In this document: in pieces, positions 48,901-59,291 of the stretch
Position numbering within the stretch: position 1 is the stretch's first letter
Layout: each line of letters opens with the position of its first letter
DNA from: Amoebophrya sp. A120
Lineage: Eukaryota > Protista > Dinoflagellata
Direction: 5' to 3'
Assembly (NCBI GenBank): GCA_905178155.1
Contig: CAJINV010000002.1
Coordinates: 1,029,809-1,093,808 of the forward strand
Length of the DNA stretch: 64,000 nucleotides
Position numbers and translations under genes: made by a program
The notes under the pieces: model-generated
Database searches by the model: none
What the model saw: the letters and a program-made list of their open reading frames with translations, nothing else
What the model was told of the DNA's origin: nothing

Positions 48901-50101
48901 TTGCCTTTAGCTTTACCCTAAGCAGCATGATGACTACAGGTTGACTTTGCGTGTTTGGCATAAAAACGGTCAACATGATGCGCGGACTAGGACCTGTATA
49001 TTATGAGTTCGTCTGGACGAACTGGCGTCCTCGCCGGTTTAGATAGTTTCAACACGTCGGAATAAGTGACACCTAAGTTAGTTCAACTTTGTCGAAGATT
49101 TCACTACACCTGACACTACTTCCATAACAGGCTGTTCTCCAATGACCAAGGTCGCGCCGTTTCGTAAATCTTCAACGCGCAGAGGGCGGAATTCAGTACC
49201 AATCCGTGGTGGTCCTTGTGATGTACTCGGTGGTGAATGACCTCGACTTAAAACGCCCCCTTGTCGACGTCCACTCCCGGCGCTCTTTGTTAGGACACCC
49301 CGAGTCCTCTGCTGACCTACATGACCCTTCGGTATCGGTGGAGGACTTCCTGGAGGTGCTTGCAGTTGATGTGAGGACAGTTCTTGTTGTACTAACGGTG
49401 CTGCGAAGTCGTAGTTGATTCGCCGCACACCACGGAAGCTGAACGTGGACCCGTCCTTCTTTTCCGGGGTGGAGATGAACGAACTCGAACTCTTTTGCGA
49501 AACACGAGTCATTTTGAAAAAAGCTTAAGTGGTACAAGTTGTAGTTTGTTAGTGAGAAAAAAATTTTCGTGCCTTGTAGTTTACGTGGACTTTATACTTG
49601 GATCTAAAATTAGTTTTTCCAGCGCTCCGAGCAGAGAAGCGGTAGAGATACAGATACAGAAAAATAAAAATTTAAATTATCGGGTACAAAGCACAACTGT
49701 TTATAGTTTTTTGTATTTTCGAGCCACTTATCATGTGCGCCGCCGTCAATGGCAATGTATAAACGACTTCTCTACTGTTTTATTTCATCTTCATGCGACT
49801 TTCGTGTTTGTAAGTTGGTGCCGACCACAAGAAAGTGTTTGTAAATGCATAAATTGATGTACAGTTTTTTCGGTGGTCCTTCTTAAAGTTACCGAGGTTC
49901 GATTGGAGAGCTGCACCGAAAGAGGACAACTGGATCCAACTTCTTTGAGACCCACAAACCGATGTCGTTGACCGAGATCGCGCGTAGCTTATTTATGGCT
50001 ATGGGTTGATCATGATCTTCTGCCGCTTCTCGGAGTTTGTTAGAGCAGATGAGGCAATTTGTTGTATAATAATTATAATGTTTTGTGTTCTGCAGCAGCA
50101 A
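39902..50101 (-). CDS. Carboxylic acid reductase-like / NRPS-like enzyme (adenylation - carrier - thioester reductase); 5' end uncertain
   Basis: A domain: LLYTSGSSGAKPKG, NYASTEAG, GEILV...FQGY, FATGDIG, DRKSSFFKLSNGEWV, QIFVHGDS, FTLQNHLLTGPGKQARPKI. Carrier: FDSLG. Reductase: IFLTGGSGFLG, HSGAKVDHLLPY...NV, GYAVSKWVGE. 13 introners. Confidence 0.88.
41067..41335. mobile_element. Introner family A
   Basis: TIR, TSD GAGCC/GAGCC. Confidence 0.9.
42016..42270. mobile_element. Introner family A
   Basis: TIR, TSD TACTT/TACTT. Confidence 0.9.
43448..43588. mobile_element. Introner family C
   Basis: TIR, TSD CGCAC/CGCAT. Confidence 0.9.
43745..43901. mobile_element. Introner family C (opposite orientation to 43448)
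   Basis: TIR, TSD AAGCC/AAGCC. Confidence 0.9.
44170..44421. mobile_element. Introner family A
   Basis: TIR, TSD GACCG/GACCG. Confidence 0.9.
45312..45547. mobile_element. Introner family B
   Basis: TIR, TSD AACAG/AACAG. Confidence 0.9.
45731..45879. mobile_element. Introner family C
   Basis: TIR, TSD TCTCG/TTTCG. Confidence 0.9.
45934..46085. mobile_element. Introner family C
   Basis: TIR, TSD GAACG/GAACG. Confidence 0.9.
46196..46508. mobile_element. Introner family E
   Basis: TIR, TSD TCGGA/TCGAA. Confidence 0.9.
46565..46772. mobile_element. Introner family F
   Basis: TIR, TSD TTGAA/TTGAA. Confidence 0.85.
47140..47374. mobile_element. Introner family D, 235 bp
   Basis: TIR, TSD AAATT/AAATT. 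Confidence 0.9.
47928..48167. mobile_element. Introner family B
   Basis: TIR, TSD CCTTC/CCCCC, frame restored. Confidence 0.8.
48701..49126. mobile_element. Introner family E, old and expanded
   Basis: Degenerate TIR, TSD decayed, element+5 nt removal in frame. Confidence 0.65.
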
Positions 50102-50459
50102 CTTTCGAAGTTCTTCACCGTGACCAGATGAGACAGAAAGTGGGGCAGATCACCTTCATCACCGACGAAATAAAGAGCACTCGTGCACCATCATAGTAGA
50201 TTTTATCGGCGAATACAGTTCCTGGAGCCGTTGTTCTCATGATTGTTGTTCTTCGGGCAACCGAAATCAAACTGTCTTCGTTGCAAAAGCTAGAACTCCG
50301 GCCCGGGCTCAGCGAAGAGAACATGTCGTCGTTTGATGTGCTACAGAGACAACCAATATCGCCTGTTCTCAAAAGACAAACGCAATGATTTTATTGACGC
50401 GCGTGCAGTTTAGAAATGCCCACCATCGCTGCTGCTCTTGCACATGTCATTCCAGTCGT

Positions 50460-52330
50460 GCGGCCGCCGACCTGCTGGGCCGGCCGAAGGCGCACTTAAT
50501 TAGCGACGCAACAGAAAATTGCTAAAGAGCCAACCAGGATGCTGGCGCCACACTTCGTGGCAAGGCGCCCTTCACTACGTAGATACTGGGAGGGCCAGAC
50601 GGCGCGCGAGACGTCCCCTCCTGTCTGTCTCACTCTACCGGCCGGGACGGCGGGCCACCCCGGGCCACCCAATTCACGGGCGCCACGGCGGAGGGGGCGG
50701 GCCCACAGGGGGGTCAGCGCGCGCCCTTGCTTGCTCGCCCCGCGGGCGGGGCAAACACACAGGCCAGAACCTACAGGGCGGGGGCAAACAATAAACGGGG
50801 GCCGGCGGGCTGGCGCGGTGGCCGCTTCCGCCGCGGCCTTTGGTTTGCAATAGAGCGGGAGAGCGACGCCGCGGCCAAATAGGTTGAGGCGCTACTTCGC
50901 TTCCTTCCACGAACTTTCCGGGCCCACGGCCTCGCTCCCCCCCGCCTTGCTCCCTTGCCGGCCCCACAATGGGCGCCACAGGAGCACGGCGCGGGCGACG
51001 GGCCAAGCCCGCGCGCTGCCGGGTGCATCGCGCCCAGTGCGCCCTGTGTCATGCGGAGGGACCGGCAGACCACAGGCAGGAGGGCAATAACCTTCGCGAC
51101 ACAATGCCCAGAGCTGAGCTCGGCACCAATCAAAGCCATCGCTCCGTCGGCTTTGTTGCTGACAGCCCAGGCCTTCATCTGCGTATCTGACGCAACAACA
51201 TGGTTGGTATGATCATGCATACCTGGCGGCGCTCGGCTAATTTACTAACTTTCATCACTCACCGCCCATCTTGTCACTCCTGCAACGGGACATCGTCCAC
51301 TCACGCCACACCCTCTCTCCCACATCGGCCGCAGACCTCACTTCTAAATAGTCATAATCTTCATTCTCACCCATCTCACCTGGTGGAGCAGGAGCTATCA
51401 GTTGGATTTCGCTCCACCATCACAAAGACAACACTGCACTGGAGCCAAGACGCGAACACTACTCCAACCAAATCATCTGCAACAACGCGAGGCGCCGCCA
51501 CCCACCGCTGTGTGTGATTAGACTTAGAGATAGGCTCTTCTACCAAAGATGGCTGCATAAAGTGCGAGCTGTTTGCCTGTTCCTGTCCCCCCTGCCTGCG
51601 CACGTGGCGGCCGGCACTGGTCCTTGCGCCTAGAGTAGAGCTTTCCTCACACAGCCCGGAAGAACGCCGGGCGCAACGCGTGGCGCCAAGCAACAATTAT
51701 AAAACGCCCCGGGCCGGCGACGGATACCATTACCATGGGCCCCCCGGGCCACGCGTTTATAGAGAAAAAGGTCGGCGCCGAACCTTCCCCGACCACCCAC
51801 GCCGCTACGAACGCCGACGGCTAGCGGGCGGGCGCCCCCGACGAAGGGCGCCACACAGAAGGACCAGGGCAAAGGACGCGCCCCCCAGCCCGGCGGGCGC
51901 GCGCTGCCTGCAATAGCGCGAAAACACACCAAAGGGGGAAACACAGGAGCGGGGCCGTGCGCGTACGCGGTGGCGTCGCGATGGCGTTCGCCGCTGCGAA
52001 ATCGATTGCATTTGCCGCCCGCAGTTGCGCGCCCGAGCTTTCATCAGCAGCGCCCTGGCATGCATGCTGCGGCGACGCCGGCGAGCAGAGACTAGGCAGC
52101 CCCTCCGGAAAGATCGCGCCGGCCTGGGCCAAATTAGTTCGCCGCGTCACATGCGCCGGCGGGGCAGCCGCTGGAGCGCCCGCGCCGGGCCAGACATGAA
52201 AAGCCCGTGCCCGGGGGCTGCCTGCCCGCGCCATGGGGCGCAGTCCGGTTCGGGCGCAGAGGACGGCGACGAAGACAAACTGCGCCGCTTCGCCGCCCGC
52301 AGTGCACGCACTGTATCGGCCGCCGCCGCT
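50460..52330. promoter_or_regulatory. GC/CpG-rich intergenic island (two lobes)
   Basis: Composition and position. Confidence 0.45.
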
Positions 52331-52997
52331 TGACGTACCCCGTAGGCAGAGTGACAAGAACAGCGGCACGACGACAAAAATGCCACAGCAGGCATTCGCT
52401 TGACAGAGGCTCTCCACACTGGCATCCCTACATTTTTTTTTCAACTGCCACTTTGCTTCCTTGATAGATATGCTGGCTCACTCGTCGCCCACCCCGCTCT
52501 CCCGCTTACACAGATCACACACGACAATCATGTACTTATGTACACAACTACTCATCTGCATTTCGCTGTCCACTGTGCCATCCACTCGCAAGCCAATTTT
52601 GTTCATCGTATAAAGTAATTTTGCTCTGGTTCATCTTCACGGCGCACAAGATGCGGAAGCAAGAATTTAAAACAGAACATCGTCGAGATGAAACTTGAAA
52701 CAGTCTCACAGCACTCTTGTGTCTGCTCCTGCAGTTGCACGCAATAGTTTTGTTGTTGTTCATTGTGTAACGTGGGTTGAGCAGTGTAAAGCCGCTCCCG
52801 CCACGGCTGGACCTCTTGGAAAGAACTTCTGTATTCTTTAGGTTTCAAGTGTCCAAAAACTCATGTTCTTCATTCCGCATCACGACTTTCACATTCTTCA
52901 GCTAGCCAAAGAGGCGTCGGCGTCCATGAAAGGTGTAGAACTCATCTATCGTTGTTCCACCACCACATCATCATCATCACTCAACCCACAACCCCCT

Positions 52998-55900
52998 TCA
53001 CTTCAACTTCTCTCTCTCCTTCGGCCTGTATCCTCTCCTGGTCGGCCGGTCATTCGTGAATCGTATCCTTCCGTCCGTCTTCTTAATCGCGCCCGCCCTA
53101 TTCGGATCGTTGTTCGGAACTGTGGGGTTGTTCACGCCGAAGGTTCTCGTCGTGGTTACCACTGTTTGATCACCTCCAGCTCCACTCTGCCCACCATCTC
53201 CATTATTATCCTGTTCCAGTATTCCCAATTTTCTCGCTTGTTTCTCATTGTAGCCCATTTTGGAAATCATGCTACTTGTGTGCAAATACCCCAAAGAACT
53301 CCGCAACCGGATGATCTGTTCGTCCTTTTGGTCTTCCGTCAACCGGTCCCAAAAAATCCGGTGTATGGTCGCTGTCCGCGCCCCAAACTTGCTAAACATC
53401 GCCTGTTTCAGACTCAAAAACCCACCGGGAGTGTGCGGGACGACAGAGCAGTTGGCGTTGTTGGATTTGTTGTTTTATCCTGTGCAAAAGTATCGTACAG
53501 TACTCGTATTGCAGTCATGCATTACAAATCTTTTTCTTAGGGTAAATCAGCATTACAAACTTCACTGTCATGCTGTGAAAATTTGTGGTGCATTTATACG
53601 AGTACGATACTTTTGCAATGCATATGTTTCCTGCTTGGAACTGCAACTGCGGCCCCATCGCGGACATGCTGTTGTATTCCAGCGCGATATTTGGCTTCAA
53701 CAAGTGTCCCGCGAAGAAACAATGCTGCTCATCGAATTCCCGGCCGACCGACGTGTTGATGCTCGCTTTTATGAATTGCACAAGTACAACTTTTATGATC
53801 GCACCACCGGTCCAAATTATCATGCCAAACTTGCATGACAAATCTGGTTCCTGAGGTATTTCGGCATGACAAATTTCATTTGTCGTGTTGAGGACATTTG
53901 TAATGCGAATCATGCTAGAGCTAGTAAGATGCTTTTGCAATGCATAGCTTTCGTCTGTGTCCGGTTCAACGCCTTTTCCACGTCCAGCTGTAATTCGTCC
54001 GACCCCTGCAGCTTATGCATTGCAAAAGTACCGCACGACCCGTAGTGGCGGCAATAAGTACTGCATGACAGGTCTATCTGCGTACGCTGATTAGCATTAC
54101 AAACTCCAGTGTTAATCATGCTAGGCAATGGCAAACTTGTATTGCACTTCCTACTTAACAAGTACGACTCTTTCACAATCCCTACGGCTGCGCTTTCAGC
54201 AACATCCCATCCAGCCAGAACTCGTGCAACCGCTCCTGAATCCACATCGGGCAGGCCCGTTTGGTTTCGATCTCGATATCGCGGTGGTCCTCGGAAAATT
54301 CGTAGGCGTCGCAGGGGTGCTGTTGTTCGTCGTCGTGGTTTTCATCGTGCTGCTGCTGGTCACCGTCTTCTTGGTCATGTTGTGCATCACCAGCGTGTCC
54401 TCGTGGTGTGGCAGCCTCATTCACCTCCTCGTCGTTTTCCGCATCTGCTTCCGCATTGAAGGCAGCGAAGTCGGACGAAGTATCGTCGTTTAGCCGGTCC
54501 CCCGGGGAGGTGGAGGAAGAAGAAGCAGCGGAAGATGAAAAATCTGTATAGTTCTCGAAGTCCATCATGGGATGGTCTCCGGCGTTTTGCTGCATTCCGT
54601 CCCTGCAGCTCAGGTGGCTCGCCTCCCTTCGCAGCTTGGATTTGCGGCCCCGTGACGACGCAGAGGTGGCAGACACACTGCTTCTAGTGGTACTACAGCT
54701 AATATCCTCGGTTGTATCTTCGTGGTCCTCGGTGGGTGTTTGATCTTCTACTCGTGAAGATGCTGTGCTGTGATGTCCGGGCACCGAGGCTGACACATTG
54801 ACCGCATCTGAACCTGGATCGTGGAGGTCGTCGTGCTCATCTTCGGCGCCAGTGTTTCTACTGTCTGAGGTTCCTTTCAAAGGACTCCTGCGACTTCTCC
54901 TTCTGCTTCTCGTGCTAGCGTTCCTCGCTGCATCTGCATCAGAAGTTATTTGCGTTTCGTCGTGTGATGGAGAAGTTGATGCTGAGGAAGAAAACATTTT
55001 TTCCCCTTCCTCCCGAAGAATTTCATCGTCGTTCAAATCCGTCCGATCAGAACACTCAAACTCATCTCTGTTCTGACCCCAAAACGCTCCCGTAGTTTCC
55101 TGCTCGTGCCGTATTCTCATCTCCAACCTCTGTTCGTCGAAGCAGGGACTCTCAAACCCGATGGGGACTGGTTTCGCGAGCTGCTTCTGGAGTTTCTGTT
55201 TCGTAGCGGTTGTACTGTTTGAGTTTGTCAACATCCCGGACGCGAAAGAAGGCGTGGCTGCCGCTCCATCATCGGATTTCCAACCCAATTTCGCCTTCCA
55301 CCACTCCTTCCGCCTTGTATTTTGCAAGTCCCGGTAAGTTTTCCGCGTCATTGCGGTGCGGATTTCAGTAGGAGCCTCTGTAGTTGAAGTAGAACTGTCG
55401 TCCTCATGAGCAGCACATCCACCTCTAGGCGCAGCACTCGCAGATCCTCCAGATGCTTTGTCGTTGCTTCTGGTACTGTTCGACGGAGGTTTATTCTTGC
55501 TGCTTCCAGAAGATGAAGGTCCTGTTGCACGACTTATTTCCACAAAAAACGGCATCTTCGGTTTCAACACGTCCAAGGAGTACAGGGTCATGTAGATATA
55601 GTACCCCGTCCACCCGCACGCATCCACTTGCTCCCGACTTTGAAACGCCCGACAGCACGCCTCCATGAATAAAGGGAGATTTGTGTCCCAGTGTTGCATC
55701 ATCACACAGGAAAACATGATCTGGGCCCAGAAGGTCGCTTCTTCCGGTTCTATTTGGTCAAAACCTTCAATTTCTTCCCCGGTTTGCGGATCCCGCATGA
55801 CAGGTTCGCCTTCTTGAACCGGCGGCGGCGGGAGAAACTTCGCGACCTCATCCACTAATCTCGGGAACAAGCCGGAGAAATCCCGCTTCATTGAAGTATC

Positions 55901-56890
55901 TGTCGTCATGTTCTGGACCCCGAAGATTGTCGGCACAGCAGCAGAGTTACTAGTGCTTGCAGAACTTTTTCTCGAAGTTATTGAGTTGATGTCACCACAA
56001 CTTCCGCCCAGATTTAGTGTCGCCAGAGACCAAATTACAGTCGCGAGCGTTTCGAACCGGTAAAACGCGTAGTTCGCTTCCACATTGCACAACAAATGCT
56101 CGCCGATTTGCCAAAATCGGTATTCCAATATCGCCATGGAAAAGAGCATCTGCGGCACCTCCTTCGCCCGGATTTCGTGCTTCTTCTCCATAATGTCAAA
56201 ACACAACTTCTTGAAGTTCAGATGTTTCACGATTCTTTGCCTATCCGCCGTCGTGAAAAAACAATTCGGGTGCGCGACGGTTTGCGCCAAAATGTTGAAT
56301 ACCCGGACAAGAAAGCGCTCGTCCACGGAGTCGGATTTTTTCGAATAAGATTCATACAGCCGCAACACCCGCGCGGGGCTGGCCTTGATCATCAGACACT
56401 TTTTCGCGTAACGGGAGTCTAGTTGGTCGGGCGGCGGTCGTTTGAAGAGGTTGCCACGGAGCAACTCCTTCGGCTGCCAGAGTTTGAGAAATTTCGGGGA
56501 GACCATGGTCTGCGGGTACGTCAAGTCCGTGATCCATTCCGGCTTGGAGGTGCTGGTGATGGTGCGCCGGGTAGTTGAGGTTGGTACAGCTGATGGCGAG
56601 ATGTAGTTCTTGACCCTCACCATGGAGAACAACTTGATCTGGCAGGTAGAGCGAAGTTGGCATAATCTCCTTCTTGTGAGAGCAGAAGTTGTTCCTCTGC
56701 TCGGTTGTAGTGCCGTCGGCGTGTATGTGGGCATCATCATCACCGCGCTACGGCTTGAAGATAGCACCGTCGTCGTGCGATGCGTGGGCATCATCATCAC
56801 CGCACCGCGGCCTTCTGTCGTGGTGCAGCGCAGGCTGCGGGGAGCACGCAACAACGGCTGAGACGAGGACGACGGGTATGAGCGAGCCAT
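52998..56890 (-). CDS. Putative RAP-domain RNA-binding protein with organellar-targeting-like N-terminus
   Basis: First in-frame ATG at 56890; R/S/T-rich, nearly acid-free N-terminus; helical-repeat region. Spliced C-terminus SDELQLDVEKAL...NIALEY...LSLKQAMFSKFGARTATIHRIFWDRL resembles RAP (PF08373). Confidence 0.7.
53476..53624. mobile_element. Introner family C
   Basis: TIR, TSD TGTTT/TGTTT. Confidence 0.9.
53770..53946. mobile_element. Introner family C, diverged
   Basis: TIR, TSD GCTTT/GCTTT. Confidence 0.8.
54014..54184. mobile_element. Introner family C, diverged
   Basis: Weak right TIR, TSD CAGCT/CGGCT, frame restored. Confidence 0.75.
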
Positions 56891-57279
56891 TTTATTGGTT
56901 GTCAGTTTGCTGGAAGCTATACAACGCTGGCTAAGTGCGCAACGCCGCACAACGGCCCGAGAGCGGACCACGATGGCGCCGCGCCGGATTTCATTCTGAT
57001 CGCGCCATGGTCATCACTCAACTCGCATACAGAAATACAAATAACGGCATGGGCTGTGTACTAGGAACTTGTAAACATTAAACCCATATAGCAGCAGCAG
57101 GGATACGAATATTAACATTAGTAGATCAACGGCAAGAACCCCAGTGGGCGATCTCCAAACAGAACAAGGGATCACAAGGCACCGACACTGTGCTTTTTGT
57201 TCGTGCATAGCCCCTTTGGGAGTGCGACAGAGGAACAAACATGGATGGCCAGCCTAGACCGGTAAAGGGAAGCGCCGCG

Positions 57280-58735
57280 CGTCGCCGTGGGGGTCGCAAG
57301 ATTCCATATCTTACGCACATACTTCGGCACGCCGTCTAGTCTCGAGTAAAGCGCGAGGAAGAGTGGCGCGGAGACGCATTTTCAGGTCGAAACGCACCCA
57401 CCTGCGCGCACGCGGTGGACGGTCAGGGCGAGTGAGCGAGCCGAGGGAGCCAAGGCAAATGCGGCAGGTCCATTGTTCTCGGATACGAACCGGGACCCGC
57501 GCCTCGCCCGAAGAACTTTCTTTCCCACCTTCCCTGGCAGGCCTGCCCCGCCCGCCGGCCGGAAAACAGGCGGGACACATGGGGCGCGGGCATGCAATAC
57601 GGGGCGCCCGACCTTCCAAGCGATACATACCTACGTACGGGCCGGCTGGAAGGCACACCGGCCGGCCCGCCGCCAACCATGCCAAGCCAACCAAGCCAGC
57701 CAAGGCCTCGAGGGGCGGCACAGGGGGCGCCGGGCCACAGAATACACACAGGGAGCCGCGCAGGCGGGCGCCCAGCCAGCAGCCGGGCAGGCGGCTGGGG
57801 CCGCTCGCTGGCCCGGGGGTAAGGTAGGGCGCGGCCGGGGCCGAACGTGCGCCATCGCTGAGCCGTATAAGTTTCCCGCCCAATGGAACCAGCAAACGGG
57901 GCGGCGAACCGCTCGCCGCTTCTGCCAACTTGAACCCAAGCGATTTTGTCCAACCGAATGCGCTGCGAGCGACGCAGGCACGCAGGAAAGCTTACCGGCG
58001 CGCCTTCCGGGCCGGCCGGCGGCGCCACGCCCGCGCGCACGAGGGGCAACGAACCCGGCCGCGAAGGAAATGCTCCGCGCCCGGCGCTTTGGCTCTGCCC
58101 GGCCGGGGGCCGCATCGATCTGGGCGGGTGCGCGTCCCTTGACAGACCCAACGCGGGCCCGACACATCCCCCAGCCGCCTTTCCAAACCCGGCGCGCCAT
58201 AATTCCTCCAAATCGCCATGGGGGCGGCGGGATTGTCACACAAGACACAACTGACCAAGCAACCCACAGCGCCCCCCTACCGCGTGCGGCTCTGGGTCCG
58301 ATAGCCGCGCCCATCCTCCGCGCTCTCGTGGGTCGCTGCAGGTGCCCCGACCTTGCCCCGGAGTCGCTTCGTTGGTTGCTAATCACCCGCGGCCCGCGGG
58401 TCGATGGCTCGCGCACAGTGACCGAGTTTCGGTGGATGTGCGGCTTCATGCCCGATGCCTGGAGCTCAAGGCGGTCCAGGTTCGGGTGCGCGAATTAATG
58501 AGGGGCGCGGTCGGCCAATATGTCGGCCGGCTTCCGCGGGCGCCCCTTGTAGATAGTCGCCCGGCTGCGGCCTCAAATTTTCACGCGGGCCGCACGCTGC
58601 CAAGGGCGCCGGCGATCGACGGGGGGGGGGGGGGGCGGGCTCGCTTTAGCCCTGGCGCCGGCCAACGCTGGCCGACCCCGCCGGGCCTCACGGATGGAAG
58701 CACGCAAAGAGGCCGCCCTCCGAGCTGTTTCCGCT
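57280..58735. promoter_or_regulatory. GC/CpG-rich island upstream of the RAP gene
   Basis: Composition and position. Confidence 0.45.
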
Positions 58736-59291
58736 AACTACAAACATTGACAGGCGGCAAGGAAATGGGACAGCGAAACACCACTACCGCTGGCACTGGC
58801 CACAGGTCCCATCTGGATAAAGGTGCAGCGCTGGAACAACATCTACATCACGCAACCATAATCATGTGAAAAGCGCTCACAACGTCAGCATTTGTGCTTC
58901 AGAAACACATTGAGCATGGTCCAGTTGTGCTCTTGTTGCTTATCGTTGTTCATGTTCTCTTCACAAAAAATTAGCAAAAAGGACACTCATAATCCGTATT
59001 CTCAAATTCATCTTTCAACATTCCGATTCTATAAATAGCAGAAACACATCAAAGACAAAGCATATAAGTAGGCAGTCGCACTTGTTCGAAGCGTGCGCCA
59101 AAAAGTTTCTATGTGTCATCTCCTCGTAATTCTTAGATATCTTTGCACAAGAAGTCTAGTGAGAATTGCTGCGAGTGCAACTACAAATAGAAAATCGCTC
59201 ACATCATAACGAGCCTAGTACAATCTCCCCACGACCAACCTACACTTCTCTTTTCTCCCCGCTCCGAAGAGCCTCACGCCGTGCCAGAAAT

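Noticed and set aside
18957-54184. Excess of synonymous differences between TSD copies as evidence that both copies are coding
   Set aside because: About half of the mismatches are synonymous, roughly what one free plus one constrained copy would give; the sample is too small.
56727-56803. 20-bp direct repeat 57 bp apart (AVMMMPT x2)
   Set aside because: Ordinary in-frame duplication in a targeting-like peptide.
10243-58737. Many overlapping Arg/Ala/Pro/Gly-rich ORFs in GC islands
   Set aside because: Stop-codon scarcity at high GC gives ORFs in all frames; no domains, and not conserved between the duplicated islands.
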